DNA of 64,000 nt from Antedon mediterranea (GCF_964355755.1 NC_092674.1:9300001-9364000); one strand, 5' to 3'. Numbered from the stretch's first letter, positions 26,460-41,457 are shown. Translations and numbers: made by a program. The notes: a model not told the origin generated them from the sequence alone.

Positions 26460-28499
26460 AAAAGAAATCTGATTTTAGGTTTATTTAAACGGAGATCAAA
26501 ACATGAACCATAAATAAAATAATACAGTTATAAAATTTAAAATAAAATGTAATGACAAAAAAGATCGATGTTTCAGAACCAACATGAAACAATTCTCAAG
26601 AATAAATGAGAGAAAATGGTTCCATGATGGTTTCGAAACGTCAATCTTTATTGTCATTAAATTTTATTTTTAAGTTATAATAGTAAACGTCTCTTAATTC
26701 GTAAGTTACATTCCACAGAAAAAAAAATCGAACCAATAAACCAATAATTACTGATTGTTAAATTAGTTCAGTTAGTTTTGTTAGACATATTTTTATAGAA
26801 TGTTTTGGCAGCAACAACTGCTTAGCACTTATTAGCACCTACACGAAATTAGTTTCAAACTTATTTACATTCCAATTGTTATTATAGTAATTAATATACT
26901 TTTTTTTAATCGAACCTTGTCTAAATGCAATATTAATTTAATATTAAGGTCTAGATAACTGAGGCCATCGATTAGAAGGAATACGGCCTAGATTTTGACG
27001 ACTTAGAATTACCTTATTTAAAAATGTATATAATGCAATTAGTGGGAAATAATATTAATAGCCGCCTATAATATAATTTAACATCTTGAAATCTTAAATT
27101 ATTTAAAATTTTCAATAATCCATTTCTATTTAATTATTTAAAAGCTTTATATTCGTGTACAGTATTAAATGTGCATTTTTACTATGTGGACGATGTATCG
27201 ATACATGTTAGAAGGATGGAATACGAAGGGTTACCTGTTAGTTTGAGGAAGAAGCTGTTTTAGAGGTATCTGTTCACCCATTGTCTCTCCCTTCTCCCTT
27301 CAGTGTGATTAATTTAGCTGAATTTAGTGCAAAATTACTAAATTAGTATGTACTTGGTATGGCTTACATATTTCACAGAGTAAAGGTTGGTAATCACGGC
27401 TAAATCTATAAAAGAAAGTTACGGTATATACTGTTGGTCTGAACATTTTTTTTATTTTGAGACAGAATTTCAGTATAACAAGTTTAGTTTTCCGTATCTT
27501 CAATTAATTATTACTTAGACTAGTAATTTCTGTAGTATATGTCATGTCTTTTGGTGATGGTGTCGATGATTTCATATAATGAAACTGTATCAATGGGTCT
27601 TATTTTCTTCTTTCAAAATTTGTGTATTGCTATAAATAGTAACTAAATGTGTAGTCTGTGCTGCTTAAAAAAAGTTTTTATTTAGCCTATTTGTTTTGAA
27701 AGGAATATTATTGAAATAAAACAAACCGTATAGGCCTTTAGTATACAGTTCATAGCAAATTAGAAACCAGCACACACAGTAGTTGATCTTGCACACATCA
27801 AGCAAGTTTGACGAATAATGTGTATCACAGTAGTGATTTTAAAAGGGACAGATAGAAAAAACATAAAAAGGTACAAACACATTATAAAGAAAATGGTCCA
27901 ATAAAAGTCAAATAGCAGCAAACTAAAGTGTTATTTGTTGTTTTTGCAATTGTGTTACAATTAAGACAATTCATTGCATTATGTCATGTTTTCTACAGTT
28001 TCAATGTATAACAATTTTCTTTTGCCGCCTTGGGAATTGTACCAAATTTTGTTCCATTAAAAAAAGCGATTAGGACTCGAACCAATCGAGGCAGAATGGA
28101 AGAAGACTTACGTGCAGTCTAACGGAATGTTGCGCACACTGAACATACACAAGAAGCGACACGCGGTAAGCGTCAAATATAAAAGTCGAGCAAAGCTTGA
28201 AAAACTTGCCCAAGGAACATCTCAAGTCTTCGCGCGAGCATCGAGTTCACCACTAAAATAGTGTGCACCGGCCTTCCGGACTACTTGCTCGTTTTAGATC
28301 GAATATCTTTTATTTTGCTGGAAAAGCTACTCATTGCGTTACAGATGTATTGTCCCCCAAAAACATGAAAAATGAAGATTATTAAAATCAGACTCTGAAT
28401 ATGTCATTTTGTTGATTTAATCAATGTAATCACTTCCGTAGAAATAACCCCCATCCCCGCCTCCTACTTACATTTTTTTTAAAGTAAATATAACAAATG

Positions 28500-29032
28500 C
28501 ATTCGTAAAACTCCATTATTAATCCGTGTATTTGCTGATTGATTATTAAGACCCGGATTAAATTATGCAAGCAAAACCTATGAACCGAATGGTTTGTTTA
28601 TTGATTGTTGGTAATGTTTTAAAAACAAATTATTTTCGTTTGTTTGGCTATTCGCGTTAACCTCATTACAAAACGCGTCATCGGTGGTAAGTTTCAGTTC
28701 AGTAAACATTGGTAATGTTTAAGCAGGGAAGATGTAATTTAACTCTTCCCTGGCTTAAGTGTTCTTAACACGTCATCAAATTCTGATACGTGCCATGATA
28801 GTTCAAGCCCGTCACTATTCACTAATTCAGAAGTTATACACTTTAAATTGTAATCTGTAATACAGTATAACAGTAGGTTAATCAACATAATGTTTAGTTG
28901 ACGCATAGAAGCATGCGTTGACGATTATTGCGTTTTATTATATTGTAGGCACAGTAAAACAATATTGAATATGTAATTGTGTTTCCGTTGTAATCTCCAA
29001 AGCAACGTAACTAGATGTAGGAAGACTTTAAG
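28500..29032 (+). promoter_or_regulatory. Conserved upstream block / non-coding exon 1 of copy 3
   Basis: Homologous to 19440-20096 and 49875-50360; donor after 29032. Confidence 0.6.
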
Positions 29033-31063
29033 GTATGTTTAATTCAACCTATATCCTCTTCGTTTCACTCTATATATAGTCATATAGGATAGTCGGTTAG
29101 GCCTACATCTGCTGCAATTACATTTTACATATTTTCAAATAACAATGAAATTACGCTCTGTTGATATAAAATACATTTCAGCATCATGAGGCCCATAAAT
29201 AAAAAGGTCATACAAAGGGTTTTGTTGGTCTATTGAATGGAGTATAGACGAGTATAGTGTAGGCCTAATGTAGGTAGGTGGGAAGTTCTATATCATTAAT
29301 GGACGTTTTATACTGTACATTCACACTACCAGGAAATCATTAAAAGACATTTTGTGGCCAACATGTAGGCCTACATGCATGTTTTATATTCTCTATCATC
29401 ATAACATCTTATGACAAACAATTAAAGCTTTAAAATGCGAACTGTTCATATTATTGATCTGCATTTTATATTAATGGCAATGACAAGAATCTACTTAGAT
29501 GTTATATAGAACAAATAATGTTTTTATATTACCTATTAGTGCGATGGTAAAAATAATTTGGTGAAATATGAAATTCTATTTTTACTCGAGCTTCGCCTCA
29601 TAAAAATAGAATTTCATCTTTCACCACCTGAAATTATTTGTACCATCGCACTCATTATTTGTATAATAAACGAATTTAGGCCAGACCCGGCGGCTATTCC
29701 TAATGACTTACTAATGAAACAAAAACAAATTGAAAATATAAAATTCTTAGGATTTTAATATACTATAAATAAAATGAGAAAGATACCTGAAATTACATAT
29801 TTACTTACTTAAATAATATCTATAATTTATTTCTTATATCTTTCATTTATTATCATAATTTTGCGACACGCATGGCTAGTCCACTAAACACTAAATCACT
29901 CCTGTATTAGTCGTGCAAAGAATAGGCATTGAATGAGATACAGTGTTGGCTACAAGGTAGAAAAACTGATAGATTAAACGGTACTGTATATATGCTGGTA
30001 TGTTTTAGATTGCAACAGCATAAATTGCAAGAGCTATTATATTCTGGAAAAAGGAAACGTATCTATACAAATATATTAATAGACCTATACAGACGCGCTT
30101 TTGTATAATGAAAAAAAAACCCGTTTTGATTGTTGTAATTTATTTTACAGAACTGAAAATAGTTTGTTATTTTAATGGTATTCCATGGTTATCAATGACT
30201 GCAGATTATTACACAGTTATCTTTATGGTTTATATTTATTTTACATAGTTGTAAGCATTTATCATAGCTCAGTTATTGTACCATTCAAATTCATGAGCGG
30301 TCCAAAGTTTCAATCAATATTTGTATTATATCTGTTGAAGCTTTGAAAACAAATTGTATAATATAGATAAGATATTTCTTTTTGATTAAAAATGATTAAA
30401 TAGTGGTCCATATACAAGGAACCAATCTCTAAAGACCAGAGAAGTACTAGGAAGACCACTGTTATTTATAGTTTTGAAATATGACCCTGATTAGTGAATA
30501 CATTACGTTCTAAATTATTATTAGTTTAGTCCAAGATATTGTTTAGTGTATCAGTTTTATTTTTATTATTCAAAATTACATGTTATTGTCTCCTTTACCG
30601 ATAATAAAAGAAAACGAGATTTGTTCAGGAAAATGTAAACAGAAACGGAAATTGTTTAACATTATATAAGTAGGGCTATGATTTGTATGTTGCTTGTTTA
30701 GGGATCTTACGATTATTTTAAAATTATAATATAATTCCTAAACAATATAGTAATGTATCTGCTTGTGTTCGTTTATACGCGAATTTTGCAGTAGGTCAAC
30801 AAAAATAGGCGTTTCAAAAGCTGATGTTATAGATATATTAATTAAGTCATCCATCAATGGACCCGTAAACAAAACTGTATCCTCAATCAGCCATACAAGT
30901 CTGTGATACAGCAACAATTGTTGTTGTCGATTATCTTTTATGATAAAAATGGTGAATGAAATTAAGTAAAACCTTTGATACTCACTGCAGTCTTTCAGAC
31001 GAGATGTAAGTATATGTATATGTTAGTATTAAAGAATTATATTATAATAGTATACACACAAAC

Positions 31064-31433
31064 GCCTTTATCACGTGGAAACACCGGTTCTCGTCAGATC
31101 ACCGAAGTTAAGCAACGTTGGGGCTGGTTAAAGTTTGATTGGGAGACCATCTGGGAATATTGGGTGCTGTATATGGAGCTGGCGTTAGGCATTTGAAATC
31201 AGCATTGCTGACTCTTATGGCAGCCCCTGCATCTAGTATCTACCTCAGACGTATTGGCTTATGCCTTTCCTCTCGTCAAGGTGGACACTTGACGAGAGAA
31301 GCCCTTGATCAATGTTAGCACCAATCAAGGTGCTTTAAACAGTCCTGACTTTGTTTGTATCATCAAACCTGTTAGTGGCGGTAATTATCGCTGTTGGTTT
31401 CAATGAAATAAAATGTCAAAAAATAAAATAAAC
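31064..31433 (+). mobile_element. 5S rRNA-derived SINE (SINE3-like) in intron 1 of copy 3
   Basis: Head acaccggttctcgtcagatcaccgaagttaagcaacg...ctgggaatattgggtgctgta is a diverged 5S rRNA. It is followed by a ~250-bp unrelated body with a 10-bp-stem hairpin and an A-rich tail. The empty site is in copy 4 (tatacacacaaac|ctag, ~52188). Confidence 0.8.
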
Positions 31434-31500
31434 ATAATCGTTATAGTTATAGTTATAGTTCCTTATTACATGTTTGTTATATTTACAGAAGAAATGGATC

Positions 31501-34500
31501 ATGACGTCAAATAATGAAATCGATAATATTGCCGTCACTGTTAATCCTTTCTATGCATTCATAACCGATCAACATAATGACATGGTCAATGAAGAATTCA
31601 AGAAAGTCAAACTCCAGTCAAAAGACAAATTGGTCAAGATTGTCTACGATAAAATAAAAACACCGCTAGATTTATTTGAGAAACTCTGCGATAATGGAAT
31701 TATCTCGGAGGACGATACTACATTTCTGGAGGAAGTATACAACCATATCCAGAACAAGATTGGCCTAGAAGAGATTGAAGAGTACAAACGTAAAAGAAAG
31801 GATCATAAAGAACGTATCAGGTTATTGTCAGTAAAAACCGATTCTTTGTTTGTTGGAAGAGACAAAGAATTGCACAAAATCTTACAGGCTTTTGCTGCGA
31901 AAACTGGAAAATGTTGTTGTGTGATTCTCGCCGGTTCGCCTGGGATTGGAAAAACAAAGTTATCTATTCAGACATGCGCAATCTACCCAGCATTTTTGAT
32001 AGAAGAAAAAGTAGTTGTTACGTAAGTATGTCATATTGCTAACTACTACCTATTTTAATTATAGTTTCTGTTTCAAGTGTTGTAGATAATTAAATTAAAG
32101 TCAAACAGTCCTTGGGAAACTTTAGTAACTGCACATATTATTTAATAATAATAAATTATTTCTTTCAAATTTATGAATAGTTACATTTTAAATACAACTG
32201 AAATAGTTTATATGAAAGCCATTATTTTTTACTACTACTTTTTTTCTACAGTACTTATCTTGTAAACCTGAAGAACGTAATGACAATGAAAGAAGTAGGA
32301 GCAGCCATCATGAATGCAATTGGTGTCAAATATATATTACCATCTACGTTTGATGTAGACGAGTTATTAGGAAAGATACGCGATATCAAATCAGGTATAC
32401 TTTAAAATGTCTTTTTTTCCATCCAACAGTAGACCCAAGGTTCAAGTTCAAAACCCGAATCTGAAGCCCTACACATGTACATTAGAAAACCTATTTGATC
32501 ACTTTAAAATGATATACTATTATACTATGTATGGTATTAAGTTACAATATTATATAATAACATTATGATTTTTTTTCAGAAACAATAATCTACTTGGATA
32601 ATGCTGATGATGTTTTACGACTAAGACAGCCTGTACGTGACGACTTCACCAAGTTTCTTTGTGATTTTATTCGCGAAGAAAATCAGAGAGTAAAATTCCT
32701 AATAACAACAAGATATAGAGTTGATAATGAGTTCTTATTGTCGGTCGACAACTTTCATCAGCTTGATATCAAACCTCTCCAGGTGTTGGATGCAATATCT
32801 CTTCTTCGTCGGTCGTCTGGGCATCCAAATCTTGATGACACGATTTGTAATGATTTGGTATTTGTTTGTGGCCATAACCCTCACGCGATTCGAGCTGTGG
32901 CCAGTCGTATGAAACAAAGGAATATGAAACCAAAAGAGTTACTGGAACTTCTAAAAAAACCGGCTCCAGCTGGAAGAGTTTTCGATCACAGGTATGACGC
33001 AAATATGTCGACTGAAGGCCAAGAGATCGAACAACAGGAGAGCGTTCTCAAATGCCTACGTGTTGTGTTTGATCAACTCGACAACAATTGCAAGTCATAC
33101 TTGATAAAGCTGTCTGTCTTTCCAAGCTTCTTTTACAGAGATGTAGCTTCTATCATTCTTGGTAAGGAGAAGAGTTTCACCAGTTTGTATCTACAAGATC
33201 TCTATATCTATGGTCTTTTGGAATTCGATAAGCTTGATCAATTTAAAAACATCGATTCTTTTGAAGGGGATCGTAACCAGTACAATGTCCATACACTGGT
33301 GCGGCTCACCTGTGAACTCGAGACACGAGAAGATGAGTCTTTAAGACCCTTTTTTGATGCTGCCATGGTAGCATTCCTCAATCATTACCATCGAGTGATC
33401 AATGAAATCTGCGAGCATGCAAACAAACATTTCAAGGAAGGTCTTGAAAAGTACCAGAGTGATAAAATAAATCTAGTACAATACCTGGAACATGAAGCAA
33501 ACAGAAAACCGACAAACGCAAAAGAATTGAACTTTTCTCAGGAGGACAGACGGTATGTTATCTTTGATGGCTTAGTCGAGGCAGATCGAAGAGTTAAATA
33601 TTTTGAGATCAAATCACTCAAAGCTAAGGAAGAAGGAGACCTGATAAGTTACAGCTTTTTATGCGCATGGGTAGGTGAACAGTACATATGTCAAGCCCTG
33701 ATATTAGAGGCACATGAAGCTGCGGACAACGGTTTGACGACACTTGATAAACTAAAATCTGGAGACAGAAGCCATGAAAATACAATGATTGCTAAGGCCG
33801 CCTGCCTATACGTGAAAGGACGAGCATACATCAGGCAGCAGAAATACGAGGAAAGTTTGATAGTTCTTCATGAATCGTTAGCTTTGCGACGAAAGCTTGA
33901 AGGAGACCATACGATGACCGCACGTGTACTCAACACAATTGGGCACGTGTTCTATCATCAGAAAAAACTTCTGGAAGCCCAGCGCTATCACCAAGAGGCA
34001 TGGCAAATGATTGACAAAATTACAGGTGGTAAACCAGAAATACATATTGATTTTTCTGTATATGTCATGAATGTGGGAACCTGTTTTAGAAGCTGGGGAA
34101 ATAGATACACGGATGCTAAGGAAAGCGAAATGGCCAAAGAACAATATGACAAAGCTTTAGATTTTTTCAATAATGCTTTAAAAATGCAGAAGAGGAGCTT
34201 TCAGGATCAAGAGACTGAATTGACAGCAAAAATTCTTAGGAATAGGGGACTTTGCTACTTTGAAATGGAAGAATATACCAAAGCTCTACTAGATGCTGAA
34301 CGAAGCTTGCGTCTTAGCCAACGGATTTTGAAAGAGAACCCTTATACAGCCAGTTGTCTGTACTTTGTTGGATGTACTCACCATCATATTGGCAAGAAGA
34401 TACTAACAGCTGCAGACGTATCGGAGGACGAAAAAGGTAAGATAAATGTGTCCGGCCTTCTAGGAGCAAGCGGGAAAAATACATAATCTTGTCAAATTTC

Positions 34501-36351
34501 AAATGAAACAAGGCCATATACATGGCTGCAGTCGATCGCGTGCTCAAGTTAGTGTTTACCGACCAACCGACCGACATAGTGAGCTGAAAATGAAAAAATG
34601 ACAGTAGTTTTAGATGACATATACAACTATTCTATTACCCATAGCACTGTGGTCAGTATTTGAGAAATTTAAGAATAGAAATGTAGGTATATACCTACAT
34701 TATTATAACCAATTTCATTTGCTATGATAATTTTTCTGCAGCGGATGCTTACAACCACTACAGTCTTAGTATGAAATTCCTTGAAGAAGCCTACAATATG
34801 GAGAATAGTCTGGGACCCGATCGACGAAGCATTGACTATGAGAAGCTCAAGGAAGAGATAATCGATGTACTCACTTCACTCGGAAAAGACGAAGACGCCA
34901 CCAATCTATGGGAACAACGATTTGCAGTATGAGTTTTTTTTTCTATCAAAAAAAAGTATTTGAAAATAAAGTACTGGGGTCATAATTATCAAACACCCTT
35001 AGAAAAAAAAATCACCTTAACTTGGTTTTAAGTCAATTATTTTGCTTAGAAATAACCTTAGCAACTACTTTCTTAAAGGAAAGGAACACCCTGGGCTAAA
35101 TGTGCCACTGTGCTTATAGATAAATGTAATAAAAACATGATTACAATGGTTCAAGGTACAATAGTAAGCAATTTAGTTAAAAAATAGACTTTTAAACGAC
35201 AACATATCGGAAATTGAACAGCGCCATTTTGACAGGTTAAGAGCAAATATGTGACGTCAGATTAGGTGGACGCATTCAAGCAAATCCAAGCGTCCATCGT
35301 CTTAGTACAGTATTTCAATATGGAAGTGCGGGATATAACCATAAATAAAATCAATTAAATAGCCTAACATACCTAATAATTCGGAATATGGCTTGGAGTT
35401 TTTATAATTCAGAAAATTTGGAACCAGAATATACAGAAAGAGAGTTAGTTTTGCGTTGTGCAGATGAGGAAAAAAGAAGAGAAGAAGAACATTCTCGAGC
35501 ATAACAAGCCGTCGAAGAATGGTGTACTTGCGGCCAGTGTATCTGTACTGTATGCCTTACTAGGCCTAGAACTCGTGTTGAACGAAAATAAAGTAGACAC
35601 TGCATCGTCAACAGCCTTCGTTTGGAAGGTTTACCAGTTAATTCCCCATCCAAATCCCGTTTGAAACAGCTAGGCAATAAAAGTAACAATAGATTAATAA
35701 TAGCTGAAAGATTTACGAATTGGCTTGCAGAAGAAAAGATCGAGCGAAGGTTTGTTTACCAAGCCAGCGCATGCTCATACCGCGTCATCGCCGTCCTGCA
35801 TGACCGCATGTCGCGTTATTAGCCAATCATATTAGCGGATTCGCTTATCCAATAGAAGCGCCGAATGCAACCGCGAATCTTAAAATTTTCGTCGGCCGTA
35901 TCTGACGTCACAAACAGGCTGCCATGAGCACAAGATGGCGATTTTCAAATGTCTTGAAAACAGCTTTAAAATCCTGTTTACTAGAAAACTACAAATCCGA
36001 TTTAAACATAAATTGTTCTGAATATTAAGTTGGTAGGGTTACTTTTATAATAGTTAGGTAAAATATTAGGTTGTTCCTTTCCTTACTTAGATGACGAAGT
36101 CTATTCCATAAAAATACCCTGAAAAGAACTGGTCTGATAAATAAAGCCGTAGTTCTTCTTCTTAAAAAAAATTGATCTGTAAAGTTGTGAAGAGAAATAG
36201 GCCAATAGTTTTTTTAAACAAAGTTAACTATAGCATTATTAACGAACCTGTGGTTTTTTTCTTGTTTGAATTAGTTGATCAGCCAGTAAAATCACGATAT
36301 CATGTTTTTTTTTTCTGAATTTAGAAAACAGACCAACAAGATACTACTTAA
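31501..36351 (+). CDS. NLR-like DED-STAND NTPase-TPR protein, copy 3, 910 aa; premature TAA in last exon removes the acidic/CaaX tail; exons 31501-32021, 32252-32394, 32580-34436, 34742-34926, 36325-36351 (ancestral stop 36561)
   Basis: Open spliced frame through the TPRs. GAA>TAA at 36349-36351; the downstream frame is still open to ...KMDKCYVA*. Confidence 0.88.
35077..36083. mobile_element. ~1-kb TIR element inserted at TTAA (Kolobok-like MITE)
   Basis: TIRs aggaaaggaaca / tgttcctttcct after ttaa. The empty site ttcttaactcttag is in copy 2 (~25760). Confidence 0.7.
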
Positions 36352-38854
36352 AGTTATCATACGTGTTATGAACATATCGGTGCACCAACAGAAACCACTA
36401 AAGAAAATGACGATGAACCTATGCAACCACATGGATCAACGGATAAGGAAGGTACGTCGTTGAAACGAGAGAGAACAACGAAAGAAGAAGATGCTGTAGC
36501 AGGTGGAAAGAATTACACAACTCGAAAATTTGTTAAGATGGACAAGTGCTACGTCGCCTAAAAAAGAATTCAGATTTGAGGTTAATTTAACATGAAACAT
36601 ACATAAAATAATAAAGCTATACATTTCCACAGAAAAAAGCCCGAACCAATAGGCCTATAATTACTGAAAATTGATGAAAATAAACAGTTAAACAAAAACC
36701 TGTTGTCTGACCAGGGAAGTTAAATTAGTTAATTTTAATTTTTAATAATTCGTTTAACCTCTAATAGTTAGGCCTAGTTGTATGGGAAAATGTACATAGG
36801 CCCTAACTCTTCATGATTGTTAAATTAGTTCAGTTAGTTTTATTAGACATATCTTTATAAAATGCAGCAACAATTGCTTAAAACTTTTACGGAATTATTC
36901 TCAATTTATTTACATTCCAATTGTTATTATAGTAATTGATATACTTTTAATCGAACCTTGTCTAAATGCAATATTAATTTAATATTAAGGTTCTATACCT
37001 TGCATAGGACTAAATAACTGAGGCCACCGATTAGAAGGAATACGGCCTGAGATTTTGACGGCTCAGAATTAGCTTATTTGTATATAATGCATTTAGTGGG
37101 AAATAATATTAATAGCCGCCAAATATAATTTAACATCTTGAAATCTTAAATTATTTTTAATTTTCAATAATCCATTTCTATTTAAATTATTTAAACGCTT
37201 TATATTTTTTTTTGTCTTATGTAGGATCGACCCACTTTTATTTCTTCATCAATAAAATGTTCGTTTACAATGAGTACATTGAGCACATGAGTAATGTAAT
37301 GATACAATACAATATAATTGACATCAACTAACTTTCAGTACAACTGATATCTCACTCCTACCATTGCATTTTATATATAATAGTATAAGGAAAGAAAAAA
37401 AAAATTCCTCTATGTTATACACTCTATACGCTTTATATTTGTGTACAGTAATAAATGTGCATTTTTACTATATGGACGATGTATCGATACATGTTTAGAA
37501 GGACGGGATACGATAGGATACCTGTGTGTTTAAAGAAGAAGCTGTTTTAGAGGTATATATATATTATATATTCTCTCTTCATTGGCACTTTTAAGGTTTT
37601 TTTTTAGTATGTGTGCCTTGTAAAGTTTATTAAACAAATAAATAAAAAATTAATTTAAGGGAAAATTCCTGAAAATCTTTGTTACTCTCTTATTTTGGCA
37701 AGTATTTCGCTCTGTTTCTAAGCGCCAAATGTATTATTAAGGGAAATTGGTCTATTGAATAGAGTTTTATACTTTAGGCCTGCACTATGTATAGGAGGTA
37801 TCCTGTATTTACACTTCCACAGTAGGATTACATGTTCTGTAGGTCTACAGATAAATTTTGTATGCACAAGTGTTCAATATTGTATATGTAATATCTTGTA
37901 ATATCCAATTTAAGCCCGATCTACTATTAATTACTAACTAATTAAGAAAAACAGTAAGAACTAGAAACACTATGTTCAATAGAACATAACCCCAGTCAAT
38001 GGTGTGGACAAATCATCACGAGTTAAAGTCTCAGTAGATGACTTTTTTTAAATTTTATCGCCAAACGCGAGTGTTGCCACACGAAAATTACACAGTCAAT
38101 ATCATCGTACTCGAGAATTTACTGGATTTTATATGTTTAATGACAGGGACACGACAATTGCGCGAATTACTCAGTCAATATCATCGTACTCGAGGATATA
38201 TACGATTTACGATCCTCACAGCGGTAGTTATGTGATGCAGTTTCAACCAATCACGTTCACGTATTTACATAGGCTATGTAATATAATTATTTATTTGTTA
38301 CCCTGCTTGTTCACGAAATACGGTAAATATCTACGTTCTGATTCCATATTCTGATCCGCTTGACTGAGTAAATGGGCGTAATAATACGGAATTATATCTC
38401 ATACATATTGACCAATCGGATTACAGAATTCACGTACACTAAGAGATAAAATTAAATATTACCGTATTAATTCTTTTATTTAGACTCATCAGGGAAGTTA
38501 CCAAGGCTATACATGACGTTGACAAAAATACATTATTCTATTGTACATTGTGAATATGCTGGTATATACCTTAATACATTCTAGAAATATAATTGCGTTT
38601 CTATTATAATTAAACAGGGTTATCGAATATGATATTGATGGACTATGTAATTGTGGTAACCGACATATTCAGTTTTAGTATGTAATTGAAGACACTCTCC
38701 AAGGTACCGTAACTAGCTGTAGAAAAACGTTAAGGTAAGAATACTTAAGCCTACTATGTTGAATGCAACCTGTATATCCTCTTCGTTTAACTATATCTAT
38801 ATCTAAATCTATGCCTATTACATAGTTCCTAATCTAATTACATTTTACACACTT

Positions 38855-41457
38855 TTGTCCCCCTGAAAAAAATAATTCTCAACATTTTTTTGAATATGCC
38901 ATTTAACATATAGTTATCCACTTTGACAAAATTGGATCGAAACAAAATGTTTACCATGATCTCCAGCCTAATCTATCTCTTTCCTTCTCCACTGTGCGCC
39001 TCCAGGTTGTTTTGGGTCGACCCACACGACGCTTCTCTTCTGGCATCCATGGTAATGCAGTCATACAATGGCATTCAGGATTCATCCTCAGAACATGGCC
39101 TATCCACCTCCACATTTCCATTTTCATTTCTTTGCTGATTATTTTAACTTTCGTTTTAGTCATTATTTTTGCGTTAGACATAAACTTATGGCCATTTCAT
39201 TTTTAAGATTCGTCGTAAGCATTTGAATTGAAAGATATCCAATTTCTTCTTGTCTCCCTCATTGCTTTCCGTATTCTATTATTGATGTCTTCACCACTAC
39301 TAATAATGGCGCCTAGGTATGTTAATGTATTGACCTCATTTAGCTCCTGGTCGTCGATTTCAATTCTATTGTAATTCTTGCTGTTGATCCTTAATACTTC
39401 TGTTTTCTTTGTATTTATTTTAAGCCCTGTTTTTGGCAGTTGTTTTCCTCGTAATCCAGTCAACTACAATCAAGAATAAAAATCCAGACATCACATCTCC
39501 CTGCTTCACTCCTGATTTGACTTCGAACCACTCTGACTCTACTCCATCGTCCAAGACGGCACACTTTTATGATTTTATTTGGTATTCCATAGATTTCCAG
39601 GACTTTCCACAAACTTTCTCTGTGCTTTTTCAAAATCCACGGAAGTGATATATAAGGCAGACTGCCATTCTACAGCTTGTTCAACAATATTTCGTAGAAC
39701 AAATATTTGCTCCACCGTGCTTCTGCCTTTTCTGAAACCTGCTTGCTCATCTCTTATCATGTTATCCAGCCCATTGCTTATTCTGTTAATTAACACTTTA
39801 CCAAACACTTTGCTAGGAACAGAGGTAAGTGTTATGCCTCTCCAATTCCACATTCGGTAAGGTCACCCTTCCATGGTAATTTATGATGAGCGCCTGTTTT
39901 CATCTACTTCTTTTTCCCATATAATGTCTTAAATAAATCTTCAAGACATTCAATTGTTATGTTAATGTCAACTTTTAGCAATTCAGCTGTAATTTTATCT
40001 AAGCCACCAGATTTATCATTTTCCATTTTCTGAACTGCGGTTCTGGTTTCTGCTTTAGAAATATATTCAGTTGAGATTTCATCTATGGTTGGATACATAA
40101 TATTATCTGTATCATCTGCAACTGTATGTTCTGGAGTAGGCCTGTTAAAAATCTCTTCAAAGTGCTCTCGGCCACCTCTCTTTCTTCTCTGCCTCAGTTG
40201 TTATCACATTTCCGGACCTGTCCTTTACTAAATTGGTTTCTTTTTTGTCTTTTCATTGCTCAACGTCTTTGTAATCTCGTACAATTCTCTCAGCTATGGT
40301 TGCCAGGTCGCCTGCCCATTTCCTCTTATCTTTTCTCATGCTTTTCTTAACTTCTTATCTGTATCTCTGTATCTCTCTATGAGATTTTGTTTAATTCTAT
40401 CTGACTTTGCTTGTTCAATGTCTCCTTAATTTTCTTCTTTGGTCGACTATCTCCCACGAATCTTTCGTTATCCATGTTTTTTATTTCTTTTAGCCAAGTA
40501 CTTCTTTTGCAGTTTCCTTGTATGCATTTACAATGCTACTCCATTTTGTCTCCACGTCTTCTATTTCGTCGAAATCTTTTAACACTTCAAATCTGTTATT
40601 TAGTTTGATTGAAAATTGCTTTCTCGTATCTGGATGTTCAAGTTTAGTGTCAAACTTACTCCTGCTACTTCTGTGGTGGTGTTTTCTTTTCAGTTTCAGT
40701 TTGATTTTTGATGGTCACTTGCGATGTTGGCACCTTTCACAACACTCCTTATGGATGGTCTGTGTTGCCTACTAACCAGTATATGGTCTATTTGGTTGTG
40801 TGTCGTTCCTCCTGGGGATGTGCAGGTATATTTGTGTATATTTCGGTGTGAAAAGATTGTACCAGTTATCACCAAGTTGTTTAGACCGCAAAAGTCGACA
40901 AGTCTTTCTCCATTATTGTTTCTTTTTCCAATGCCGTGTTTCCCCATTATACTTCCGTATCCGTAATTTTCCATTTCCACTTTTGCATTAAAATTTCCCA
41001 TTACAATAAGTAGATCGTGTTTTGTGCATGCTGTCCGTGACCGATTGTAATTGCTCGTAAAAGTTTTCTTTCTCCTCTTTGGTTGAATCATTTGTTGGTG
41101 CATACGTTTGGATGATTGACAATTTCATGAATTTTGAGAAAACTCTTGCGTATATAATTCTGCTATTTTATTGGTTTCGAGTAGTGATTTCTCATCTCTC
41201 ATTTCTTTGACATCGTCAGTGCCACACCGTGACGATGTGTCGTCTTCTCTCCCTGAAAATAGTATGCTCTCTCCTGTGCTAAGTCGGACTTTTCCAAATA
41301 CTAGCCATCTGCATTCACTGACCCCCAGCATATTTTGAACCTATCCATTTCTTTTGCCAGTTGTGCTGATTTACCAATTGTTTACAATGTTCTGACATTC
41401 CAACACCTAACATTTGTAATTTCTTGTTTCTTCATTTTTCATGTTTTTGGGGAACAA
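38855..41457. mobile_element. MITE (ttgtcccc termini, 5-bp TSD cactt) split by an RTE LINE; related copies at ~20635-20937, from ~28350, and ~51938-52160
   Basis: cactt|ttgtccccctg ... ggggaacaa|cactt; the two halves match the uninterrupted copy at 51938-52160. Confidence 0.7.
38951..41425 (-). mobile_element. Degenerate RTE-clade LINE (APE endonuclease + reverse transcriptase, many frameshifts)
   Basis: APE fragments WNVRTL, LGVSECRW, IVMGNFNAKV, NQIDHIL. RT and C-terminal fragments NWRGITLTSVPSKVF, EQAGFRKGRST, VDFEKA, GLKINTKKTE, WRWIGHVLRM, GRPKTTWRR. Confidence 0.92.

Noticed and set aside
29558-29758. Short ORF shared with 50954-51163
   Set aside because: Duplicated intron-1 sequence with frame-breaking indels between the copies.
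31064-31175. Functional 5S rRNA gene
   Set aside because: Diverged, 5' end incomplete, no T-run terminator, and fused to a SINE-like body absent from the paralog.
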